Assembly: GCF_018350175.1 (NCBI RefSeq) | Contig: NC_058368.1 | Location: 64,730,001 to 64,794,000 of the forward strand | Reading direction: 5' to 3' | From: Felis catus | Taxonomy: Eukaryota | Length of the DNA stretch: 64,000 nt | In this document: piece after piece, positions 37,130 through 48,548 of the stretch | Layout: every line of letters starts with the position of its first letter | Position numbering within the stretch: position 1 is the first letter of the stretch | Translations under genes and position numbers: made by a program | The notes under the pieces: generated by a model | The model's database searches: none | What the model was told of the DNA's origin: nothing | The model's input: the letters and a program-made list of their open reading frames with translations, nothing else

Positions 37130-37680
37130 GTTTTTTAAAAGCCTGCTAAATGGCAAAGACCTGTTCAATTCTGAGAATATAATGGTGGATGAGACAATGT
37201 CTCAGACTTCAAGGAACTTGAGTGGAACTTGAGGTGTGGTTGTAATGTACAGTGTTTGAGTTGGGAAGGGAAGAAATGAAGCTATAGATATAAAATATGG
37301 CATATCACTTTGGTTTTTTGCTAAAGGCATGAGGAAGCCTCTGAGGAGTTTGAAGTTGGGTGCCACAAGGTGGCATTTGTTGACCAGAAGAAGGCACTGG
37401 ACGGAGCATGGAGAGTGGTTTGGTCAGACGCAAATTGTAATGACTAGGAGATGGAATAGGACGCTAGAGTAAATATTCCAAGAAAAGATGAGGTGGCTTC
37501 ACATAGAAAACTGGCAGAGGGATACTTAAGCTGAGGGACAGTTGACTAGAAAAGAGAAAAAAAAAACAAAGGCAACCTGCAGAATCTTGGGGTAGTGGTT
37601 CCCTTTCTTGAAGTCAGAGGACCAAGATGAAGAGTCCATCTGCGGGTAGGTTCAATGAGCTATGTTCATGGATATAGATT
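37130..37680 (-). mobile_element. L2 fragment
   Basis: Purine-rich antisense L2 pattern (cttcaaggaacttgag...aggcatgaggaagcctctgaggagtttgaag...gaaaagatgaggtggctt). Confidence 0.6.
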
Positions 37681-39199
37681 TCTTATTGTTTTTAATAAGA
37701 AATTGAATTCTTTAGATACTCACAAAGGCACTCTTTGTTATTCTTTCAAATGAATAACTTCTATCTCTTTGGAATATTTTTGATTAATTTGTCCATTTAA
37801 ACTGACAAATAAGTTCAGTCAAATTTCAAAAATAAAAAAAAAATGTTTCAGGCACTATATAGTTACAGTTAGGTGTTTTCAGATCACAATGAAAAGAGAA
37901 AAGGCCAAAAAAATGTGTAATGGTAAGAGACATAATTTTAAGAAGTTTTAAATATCTACATGAATATTTCTTATTCTTCTATTTAGGTCATGAATATTTT
38001 CCTTAGCTTTTCAGATGATTATGGAAACCCTACAAGAAGCAGGTCAATAAGAAACAATGACATGAGACGGAAGCTAAATTATTTATTTTAGAATGTATTA
38101 AAACTAAAAACTTATGTTAAATGTATTTAAATGCAAAGGAAAACACATTTATTTCACAGAAGTACTAAATAAGTAGTAGAAGCATTGTTCCAGAAAAAAA
38201 AAATATGCCTCCTTAGTGCTCTGACCCCAGGCTTCAGTTCTGAAGTCACTTTATTCTACCTGTGTGCTCTAACCTGGGATCAGGGGCTAAGTTTTACCCC
38301 ATGTCCAGGTCCCAGCACATGAGAATAAGATACGCAGCATATACTAAAAGGGAAAATACCAACAGCTAGAAATGAATTAGAGAAGAAACTAGGGATAGGG
38401 AGTGGAACTGAAATTACTAGTTTTCTGTGGGTTTTCTTTTTCTGAAATTCAAAAAAGTGGAAGAAAGGATGGATGGACTCTGTAAAGCCACGGGGCTATT
38501 TCAAAGGGCATCCTTTTCAGTAGTATCAGCATTAGTAACCTCAATATAATCATCCATTCTGTCCTGTGAATATTTCAAATTTTTTAAGATAAGTCTGTGG
38601 AAAACAGAAAATAGATTCTTCATGCTTCAATTTTTTATCTCTAATGTTAGATTCTTTCAACTCTTCAAACTGTTACTAGAATCTAAATGCACAACCTGAG
38701 TGCTAGAAAACTAATAAAGACTGGATCATCTGAATTGCTTTCCCTATGTTTCTATTTTGTGCACAGTGGTATGAATCTTATTTCTATAAACAAACATGCT
38801 TATTACTTGAAGATTTTTCTTAAAAAACGGCAAAATGGCCCATCTAACGTGTAATATCAGAAGACTGCTGTTACGTTTAGCTCTTTGCATTTCTCCATCC
38901 TGACATGTTCACCCTACATGCATCCTTCACTAGACTGTCATAGTCCTTCTTGTCTGTGCAGGCATTAGTCACTAGGTGGGGATCTTCTTGGGGCAAAATA
39001 AATATATTATTCACAAGTATATCAGCTAATTTCCAGCATCCCACAAGAGGTAAGCATTCTATGTGTTGTGTGAAATTGATGGGGTCTTATAAAACCATAC
39101 AATTATTCCTTCATTTGGTCTTCTATTAGTCAATGTTTAAAATTTATCAAAACTAGATGTGTGACACAATGCAATGCATAGATATGCAATCTTACATGA

Positions 39200-39482
39200 A
39201 GTGTTTGAGAGTATATGCGCTTGGAATTTAGAATTTTTAATTTGAGGGGTAGATTTTAGAAAGATAATGTCATGCACGTGGCATTTTCAAGTCATATCTT
39301 CAAGCTCTGGACAGCACCAGCTTTGAACTCACATCGGCCAAACTCAGGCTTTGCCACTAAATGAGTTCAGGTCAGGTCAAGTATTGGTGCCAAGTAAAAT
39401 AAAACTATATTCAAAATCTGGTTTTAAGAGTTGATATATATATATATATATATGTATTTTTAATTTCAGAATTGTGGACTGT
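39200..39482 (-). mobile_element. Non-autonomous DNA transposon (MER96B-like, hAT)
   Basis: gattttagaaagataat...caggctttgccactaaatgagttcaggtcaggtc...atttcagaattgtggactg; recalled consensus similarity. Confidence 0.5.
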
Positions 39483-40371
39483 AAGCACAGTAATGTTTAT
39501 TATGAGACAAGCAGTGAGGAATGGGTATTTTATAAAGGGCCTTCAAATATTATCTGGGAAGAAAACAAATCTTTAACAGAAAGCAGGAGATGTTTCATGA
39601 TGATCCAGGGTCATAAATTAAGCAAAGGAAGGAGAAGCAATAGAATCAATATCTACTGTGGAAGGTATAAACAGATGTCAATGACAAGAGAGTGAAGGGA
39701 TAGGCATTACAAAGGAGAAAAAGCATGAAGAAATAGAGAAGTGAGAAAAATACTTAAGGAAATGCAAAAAGGCCCAGAGGACTGGGGATGAAGATCTTGA
39801 ACAGGGGTCAAGAGGTGGTAAATATGTCACAGTTAAATTACAGGGGACTTTTGTTTTATTCTCCTTTTTGTTTTCCTTGTAGCTTTTGATCACCTCTTCC
39901 AAGGCCATTTGATTCACGATTAGTTATCCTAGCACTATTGATGATTCCCAAATTGCTAACTTTATTTTTTTATTAAATTTTTATTTTAACTCCAGTAGAG
40001 TTAACATATGGTGTTATATTTGTTTTAGGTGTACAATATAGTAATTCAACACTTCTCTACTCAGTGCTCATCATGACAACTGTACTCGTAATCCCCATCA
40101 CCTGTTTCACCCACCCCCCCCCCCCACCCAACTCTGCTCTGGTAACCATCAGTTTATTCACTATAGTTAACAGCCTGTTTCTTGATTTCTCTCTCTCTCT
40201 TTTTTCCTTTGCTCTTTTGTTTTATTTCTTAAATTCCCCACACATAAGTGAAATCGTATGGTATTTGTCTTTTTCTGACTGACTCATTTCACTTAGCATA
40301 ATACTCTTGAGCTCCATCCATGTCATTTCAAAGGGCAAGATTTCATTCTTTTTTATGGCTAAATAATATTC

Positions 40372-40374
<3 letters not shown>

Positions 40375-40417
<43 letters not shown>
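40375..40417. repeat. (TG)n microsatellite
   Basis: Directly visible. Confidence 0.97.
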
Positions 40418-40418
<1 letters not shown>

Positions 40419-41921
40419 CATTAATCTATCAAGGCACATTTGGGGTGTTTCCATAATTTGACTACTGTAAATAATGCTGCTATATGCATAGGAGTGCATG
40501 TATCTCCTTGAATTACAGTTTTTGTATTTTGGAGGTAAATATCCAGTAATGCAATTACTGGATCATAGGGTAGTTCCATTTTTAATTTTTTGAGGAAACT
40601 CCATAACTATTTTCCATAGTGGCTGCAACACTTTGCATTCCCACCAACAGTGAAGGAGCGTTCCTTTTTCTCCACATCCTCGCCTCGTTTTTTCTTGTGT
40701 TCTTGATTTTAGCCATTCTGACAGGTGTGAGGTGATATATCGCTGTAGTTTTGATTTGCATTTCCCTGATGATGAGTGATGTTGAGTGTCTTTCCATGTG
40801 TCTGTTGGCCATCTGGTTGTCTTCTTTAGAGAAATGTCTATTGAGGTCTTCTGACCATTTTTTTAAATTGCATTATTTGTTTTTCTCGGTGTTGAGTTGT
40901 GTAAGTTCTCTTTACATAATTTGTTAACCCTTTATCAGATGTCATTTGCAAATATCCTCTCCCATTCAGTAGGTTGCCTTTTAGCTTTGTTGGTTTTTTT
41001 TCTTTCACTGTACAGAGGTTTTTTATTTTGATGTAGTCCCAATAGTTAATTCTTGCTTTTATTTCCCTTGCTTCAGTAGACATACCTAGAAAAATTTTGC
41101 TATAACCGGTGTCAGAGAAATTACTGCCTCAGTTCTCTTCTAGGGTTTTTATAGTTTTGGGTGTCACATTTAGGTATTTAATCAATTTTAAGTTTATTTG
41201 TGTGTATGGTGTAAGAAGGTGATCCAGTTTCATTCTTTTGCACATACTGTCCAGTTTTCCCAACACCATTTGTTGAAGAAGCTCTCCTTTCCCCATCGGA
41301 TATTCTTTCCTCCTTTGTTTGAAGATTAATTGGCTATATAATTGTGGATTTATTTCTGAATTTTCTGTTCTGTTCCATCTATGTGTCCATTTTTGTGCCA
41401 GTACCATACTGTTCTTATTACTACAGCTTTGCCATTGATCTTGAAGTCTGAAATTGTGATACCTCCAGTTTTGTTGTTCTTCTTCAAGTTTCATGGGGCT
41501 ATTTGGGGTCTTTTCTAGTTCCATACAAATTTTAGGGTTGTTTGTTCTAATTCTATGAAAAATGCTTTTGGCATTTCAATAGGGATTGCATTAAACCTGT
41601 ACATTGCTTTGGGTAGTAAAGACAATTTAACAATATTTTTTCTTCAAATCACTTAGCATGGAATATCTTTCCATTTCTTTGTGTTCTTTTCAATTTCTTT
41701 TATCAATGTGTTATAGTTTTGAGAGTACAGATCTTTGACCACTTTGGTCAAGTTTATTCCTAGATACATTATTATTTTTGGTGTAATTGTAATTTGATAA
41801 TTTTTCTTAATTTTAAATTCTGCCACTTCACTATTGGTATATAGGAATGCAACAGATTTGTGTACATTGATTTTGTATCTTGCAACTGTAGTGAATTCAT
41901 TTATCAGTTCTAGTCATTTTT

Positions 41922-42126
41922 CAAAAAAAAGTTTATTTTTCAGAGAGAGAGAAACAGAGCACAAGTGAGGGAGGGGCAGAGAGAAAGGGAGACACAGAAC
42001 CCAAAGCAGGTTCCAGGCTCTGAGCCATCAGCATAGAGCCTGACTCGGGGCTCAAACTCATGAACCACGAGCTCATGACCTGAGCCAAAGTTGGACGCTT
42101 AAATGACTGAGCCACCCAGGAGCCGC
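41922..42126 (-). mobile_element. CanSINE in host L1 ORF2
   Basis: SINE body ending gactgagccacccaggagccgc; no clear TSD. Confidence 0.93.
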
Positions 42127-43449
42127 AAGCGTTTTCTATATATAGTATCATGTCATCTGCCAATAGTGGAAGTTTTACTTCTTTCTTATGATTTTGGATG
42201 TGCTTTATTTCTTCTTGTTGTCTGATTGCTGTGACTAGGATTTCCAGTACTATGTTGAGTAAAAGTGATGAGAGAGGACAACCTTGTGTTTTTCCTAACC
42301 TTACAGGGGAAAAGCTCTCAGTTTCTCTCCTTTGACTATGGTGTCAGCTGTGGTTTTTTCATATAAGGCCTTGATTATGTCATGTTTCCTCTAAACCTAC
42401 TCTGTTCAGGGTTGTTGTTTGTTTTTTTTTTATCATGAGTGGATGTTGTACTTTGACAAAAGCTTTTTCTCTATTGAAATGATCATATGGATTTTATCCT
42501 TTCTCTTAGTGATGTGATATATCACATTGATTGATATACTACTATTGAACCACCCTTGTATCCCTAGAATAAATCCCCCTTGATTGTGATGAATGATTTT
42601 TTAATGTGTCATTGGACTCACTTGGCTAGTATTTTATTGAGGATTTTTGCATATATGTCCATATATACTGGCCTGTTTTTCTCTCTTTTGTGCGGTGTCT
42701 TTATCTGGTTTTAGTATCAGGGTAATTAATACTGGCCTTATAGAAGGAACTTGGAAGTTTTCCTTTCTCTTTTTTAGAATAGTTGAAGAGGAATAGGTTT
42801 TAACTCTTCTTTAAATGTTTAATAGAATTTGCCTGTGAAGCCATCTGGTTCTGGGCTTTAGTTTGTTGGGACTTTTGATTATTGACTCAATTTCATTGTT
42901 GGTAATCTGTCCAAATTTTCTATTTATTTTTGATTCAGTCTTGGGCGATTGTATGTTTCTAGGAATTGATCCATTTCTTCTAGGTTATCTAATTTGTTGG
43001 CATATAATTTCTCAGAATATACTTTTACTTTTTTTTTTTTTTGTATTTCTGTGGTAGTGGTTGTCATTTTCCTCTTTCATCAGTGACTTCATTTACTTGG
43101 GTGCTCTCTGTTTTTGATGAGTCTGACTAGAGGTTTATCAGTTTTGTTAATCTTTCAAAGAACCAGCTGCAGCTTTCATTGATCAGTTCTATTGTTTCTT
43201 TAGTTTCTGTTTCATTTATTTATTCACTAATCTTTATTATTTCCTTCCTTCTGCTGGATTTCGGCTTTGTTCTTTTTCTAGCTCCTTTAAGTGTAAGGCT
43301 AGATTGTTGAGGTTTTTTTGTTTTGTTTTGTTTTGTTTTTGTTTTTGTCCTCCTCCCTGTTTTTATATTGTTATTGTTTCCCTTCCCTTTTGTTTATCTG
43401 TTTTGTCTCTTAAAGTCCTCATATGAGTAGAGTCATATGATTTTTGTCT

Positions 43450-46400
43450 TTCTCTGACTGATTTCACTTAGCATAATACCCTCCAGTTCCATCCATGTAG
43501 TTGTAAATGGCAAGATTTTATTCTTTTTGATTGCCGAGTAGTACTCCATTGTATATATATATACCACATCTTCTTTATCCATTCATCCATCGATGGACAT
43601 TTGGGCTCTTTCATACTTTGGCTATTGTTGATAGTGCTGCTTTAAACATGGGGGTGCATGTGTCCCTTTGAAACAGCACACCTGTATCCCTTGGATAAAT
43701 ACCTAGTAGTGAAATTGCTGGGTGGTAGGGTAGTTCTTTTTTTAGTTTTTTGAGGAACCTTCATACTGTTTTTCCAGAGTGGCTGCACCAGCTTGCATTC
43801 CCACCAACAATGCAAAAGAGATCCTCTTTCTCCGCATCCTCACCAACATCTATTGTTGCCTGAGTTGTTTATGTTAGCCATTCTGACAGGTGTGAGGTGG
43901 TATCTCATGTGGTTTTGATTTGTATTTCCCTGATGACGAATGATATTGAGCATTTTTTCATGTGTCGGTTGGCCATCTAGATGTCTTCCTTGGGGAAGTG
44001 TCTATTCATGTCTTTTGCCCATTCCTTCACTGGGTTATTTGGTTTTTGGGTGTTGAGTTTGATAATTTCTTTGTAGATTTTGGATACTAACCCTTTATCT
44101 GATATGTCATTTGCAAGTATCTTCTCCCATTCTGTCAGTTGCCTTTTAGTTTTGCTGATTGTTTCCTTCATTGTGCAGAAGCTTATTATTTTGAGGAGGT
44201 CTCAGTAGTTCATTTTTGCTTTTGTTTCCCTTGCCTCTGGAAATATGTTGAGTAAGAAGTTGCTGCGGCCAAGGTCAAAGAGGTTTTTGCTTGCTTTCTC
44301 CTCAAGGATTTTGATGGCTTCCTGTCTTACATTTAGGTCTTTCATCCACTTTGAATTTATTTTTGTGTGAGGTGCAAGAAGGTGGTCCAGATTCATTCTT
44401 CTGCATGTCGCTGTCCAGTTTTCCCAACACTACTTGCTGAAGAAACTGTCTTTATTCCATTGGATATTCTTTCCTTCTTTGTCAAAGATTAGTTGGCCAT
44501 ACGTTTGTGGGTCCATATCTGGGTTCTCTATTCTGTTCCATTGATCTGAGTGTCTGTTCTTGTGCCAGTACCATACTCTCTTGATGGTTACAGCTTTGTT
44601 GTATAGCTTGAAGTTTGGGATTGTGATGCCTTCTGCTTTGGTTTTCTTTTTCAAGATTGCTTTGGCTATTTGGGGTCTTTTCTGGTTCCATACAAATTTT
44701 AGGATTATTTGTTCTAGCTTTGTGAAGAATGCGAGTGTTATTTGATAGGGATTGCATTGAATATGTAGATTGCTTTGGGTAGTATCAACATTTGATACAA
44801 CCATTTGAACAATATTTGTTCTTCCTATCCAGGAGCATGGAGTATTTTTCCATTTGTTTGTGTCTTGTTCAATTTCTTTCATAAGCTTTCTATAGGTTTC
44901 AGTGTATAGTTTTTCATCTCTTTCGTTAGATGTATTCCTAGGTATTTTCAGATTTTTGGTGCAACTGTAAATGGGATCGATTCCTTGATTTCTCTTTCTG
45001 TCACTTCATTCATGGTGTATAAGAATGCAACCGATTTCTATGCATTGATTTTATATCCTGTAACTTTGCTGAATTCATGAATCAATTCTAGCAGTTTTTT
45101 GGTGGAATCTTATGGGTTTTCCATATAGAGTATCATGTCATCTGTGAAGAGTGAAAGTTTGATCGCCCCCTGGCCAATTTGGATGCTTTTTTATTGTCTG
45201 ATTGCAGAGGCTAAGACTTCCAATACTATGTTGAATAACAGTGGTGACAGTGGACATCCCTGTCTTGTTCCTGACCTTAGGGGGAAAGCTGTCAGTTTTT
45301 CTGCATTGAGGACGATATTAGTATTGTGTTGTTCATATATGGCATGTATGATCTCGAGGTATGCTCCTTCTATCCCTATTTTCTAGAGGGTTTTCATCAA
45401 AAAAGGATGCTGTATTTTGTCAAATGCTTTGTCTGCATCTATTGAGAGGATCATATGGTTCTTGTGTTTTGTTTTCTTGATGTGATGAATCACGTTAATT
45501 GTTTTGCAGATATTGAACCAGCCCTGCATCCAAGGTATAAATCCCACTTGTCATGGTGAATAATTTTTTAATGTATTGTTGGATCCAGTTGGCTACTATG
45601 TTGTGGAGGATTTTTGCATCCATGTCCATCAGGGAAATTGGTCTATAGTTCTCCTTTTTAGTGGGGCCTCTGTCTAGTTTTGGAATCAAGGTAATGCTGG
45701 CTTCATAGAAAGAGTTTGGAAGTTTTCCTTCCATTTCTATTTTTTGGAACACCTTCAAGAGAATAGGTGTTAACTCTTCCTTAAATGTTTGGTAGAATTC
45801 CCCTGGAAAGCGATCTGGCCCTCGACTTTTGTTTTTTGGGAGATTTTTTATTACTGATTCGATAGCCTTACTGGTTATGGGTGTGTTCAAATTTTCTATT
45901 TCTTCCTGTTTCAATTTTGGTAGTGTATATGTTTCTAGGAATTTGTCCATTTTTTCCATATTGCCCATTTTATTGGTATATAATTGCTCATAATATTCTC
46001 TTATTATTGTTTTTATTTCTGCTATGTTGCTTGTGATCTCTCCTCTTTCATTCTTGATTTTATTTATTTGGGTACTTTCTTTTTTCTTTTTGATCCATCC
46101 AACTGGCTAGTGGTTTATCAATTTTGTTCATTCTTTCAAAGAACCAGCTTCTGGTTTCATTGATCTGTTCTACTGTTTTTTTGGTTTCAATACCATTAAT
46201 GTCTGTTCTAATCTTTATTATTTCCTGTCTTCTTCTGGTTTTGGGTTTTATTTGCTGTTCTTTTTCCAGCTCCTTAAGGAGTAATGTTAGGTTGTGTATC
46301 TGAGATCTTTCTTCCTTCTTTAGGAAGGCCTGGATTGCTGTATACTTTCCTCTTATGACTGCCTTTGCTGTATCCCAGAGGTTTGGGGTTGTGGTGCTAT

Positions 46401-47464
46401 CATTTTCATTGACTTCCATATACTTTTTAATTTTCTCTTTAACTTCTTGGTTAGCCCATTCATTATTTAGTAGAATGTCCTTCAGTCTCCAAGTTTTTGT
46501 TACCTTTCCAAATTTTTTCTTGTGGTTGATTTCAAGTTTCATAGTGTTGTGGTCTGAAAATATGCACGGTATGATTTTGATCTTTTTGTACTTACTTAGG
46601 GCTGATTTATGTCTCAGTATATGGTCTATTCTGGAGAATGTTCCATGTGGACTAGAGAAGAATGTATATTCCACTGCTTTAGGATGAAATGTTCTGAATA
46701 TGTCTGTTAAGTCCATCTGGTCCTGTGTGTCATTCAAAGCCATTGTTTCCTTGTTGATTTTTTGATTAGATGATCTGTCCATTGCTGTGAGTGGGGTGCT
46801 GAATTCTCCTACTATTATGGTATTACTATCAATGAGTTTCTTTATGTTTTTGATTAATTGATTTATATATTTGGGTTCTCCCACATTTGGCACATAAATG
46901 TTTACAATAGTTAGGTCTTCTTTGTGGATAGACCCCTTGATTATGATATAATGCCCTTCTGCATCTCTTGATACAGTCTTTATTTTAAAGTCTAGATTGT
47001 CTGATATAAGCATGGCTACTCCACCTTTCTTTTGTTGGCCATTAGCATGATAGATGGTTCTCCAGCCCCTTATTTTCAATCTGAAGGTGTCTTTAGGTCT
47101 CAAGTGGGTCCGTTGTAAACAGCATATAGATGGATCTTGTTTTCTTTTTTTAAACGTTTTTTTTAATATTTATGCATTTCTGAGACAGATCGTGTGTGGG
47201 GGAGGGGCAGAGAGAGAGGGAGACACAGAATCAGAATTAGGTTCCAGGCCCTGAGCTGTCAGCACAGAGCCCAACGTGGGGCTCGAACTCACAAACCATG
47301 AGATCATGACCTGAGCCGAAGTCGGCCACTCAACAGACTGAGCCACCCAGGCGCCCCGGTGGATCTTGTTTTCTTATCCATTCTGATACCCTATGTCTTT
47401 CGATTGGAGCATTGAGTCCATTGACATTTAGAGTGAGTACTGAAAGATATGAATTTATTGCCAT
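43450..47464 (-). pseudogene. Disrupted L1 ORF2p (endonuclease, RT, C-terminal domain)
   Basis: Start MAINSYLSVLTLNVNGLNAPIERHRV at 47464; 347-aa open EN stretch 46060-47103 (HGTFSRIDH, IFSDHN); [18 protein letters not shown]; frameshifts, stops and a SINE insertion. Confidence 0.92.
47147..47357 (-). mobile_element. Felid CanSINE in the EN domain of the younger L1
   Basis: TSD tggatcttgttttctt at 47131-47146 and 47360-47375. Confidence 0.97.
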
Positions 47465-47534
47465 TATGATGTTTGTAGAGTTGGAGTTTCTGGTGGTGTT
47501 CTCTGGTCCTTTCTAACTTTGTTGCTTACAACAA

Positions 47535-47537
47535 CAT

Positions 47538-47568
<31 letters not shown>

Positions 47569-47601
47569 CATATATATATGTGTGTGTATATGCACACATA
47601 T

Positions 47602-47639
<38 letters not shown>

Positions 47640-47662
47640 GTTTGGTATTTGCATATATATAT
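47535..47662. repeat. Compound (CA)/(TA)/(TG) microsatellite in the L1 inter-ORF spacer
   Basis: Directly visible. Confidence 0.93.
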
Positions 47663-47682
47663 TTTTTCCATCTTCTCTCCCC

Positions 47683-48548
47683 TCAGAGAGTCCCCCTTAA
47701 AATTTCTTGCAGGGCTGGTTTAGTGGTCACGAACTCCTTCAATTTTTGTTTTTCTGGGAAACTTTTTATCTCTCCTTCTGTTTTGAATGACAACCTTGCT
47801 GGTTAAAGAATTCTTGGCTGCATATTTTCCTAATTCAGCACACTGAATATATCCCACCACTCCTTTCTGGCCTGCCAAGTTTCTGTGGATAGGTCTTCTG
47901 CAAACCTGATCTGTCTTCCCTTGTAGGTTAGGGACTTTTTTTTCCCTTGCTGCTTTCACGATTCTCTCCTTGCCTGAGTATTTTGTGAACTTGACTATGA
48001 TATGCCTTGTTGATGGTCGGTTTGTTGAATCTAATGGGGGTCCTCTGTACTTCCTGGATTTTGATGTTTCTGTCTTTCCCCAGGTTAGGGAAGTTTTCTA
48101 TTATTATTTGCTCACATAACCTTTCTACCCCTATTTATCTCTCTTCCTCTTCTTGGACCTCTATGATTCTGATGTTGTTCCTTTTTAATGAGTCACTGAT
48201 TTCTCTAATTCTTAAATCATGCTCTTTGGCCTTAATCTCCCTCTTTTTTCTGCTTCATTATTCTCTATAAGTTTGTCCTCTATATCGCTGATTCTCTGTT
48301 CTGCCTCATCCATCCTTGCCACTGTGACATCCATCTGTGATTGCAGATCAGTTATAGCATTTTTAATTTCATTTTGACTAGTTTTTACTTCTTTTATCTC
48401 TGCAGAAAGGGATTCTAATCTATTTTCGACTCCAGCTAGTATTCTTATTATTGTGATTCTAAATTCTGGTTCAGACATCTTGCTTGTATCTGTGTTGGTT
48501 AAATCCCTGGCTGCTGTGTCTTCGTGCTCCTTCTTTTGGGGTGAATTC
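47683..48548 (-). pseudogene. Disrupted L1 ORF1p lacking its start codon
   Basis: NSPQKKEHEDTAARDLTNTDTSKMSEPEFRITIIRILAGVE...MDEAEQRISDIEDK...KPALQEILRGTL*. Confidence 0.9.

Noticed and set aside
46060..47103. 347-aa ORF as a functional gene or active L1
   Set aside because: It is the L1 ORF2 endonuclease region, cut from its start by a SINE and followed by frameshifts; ORF1 is also broken.
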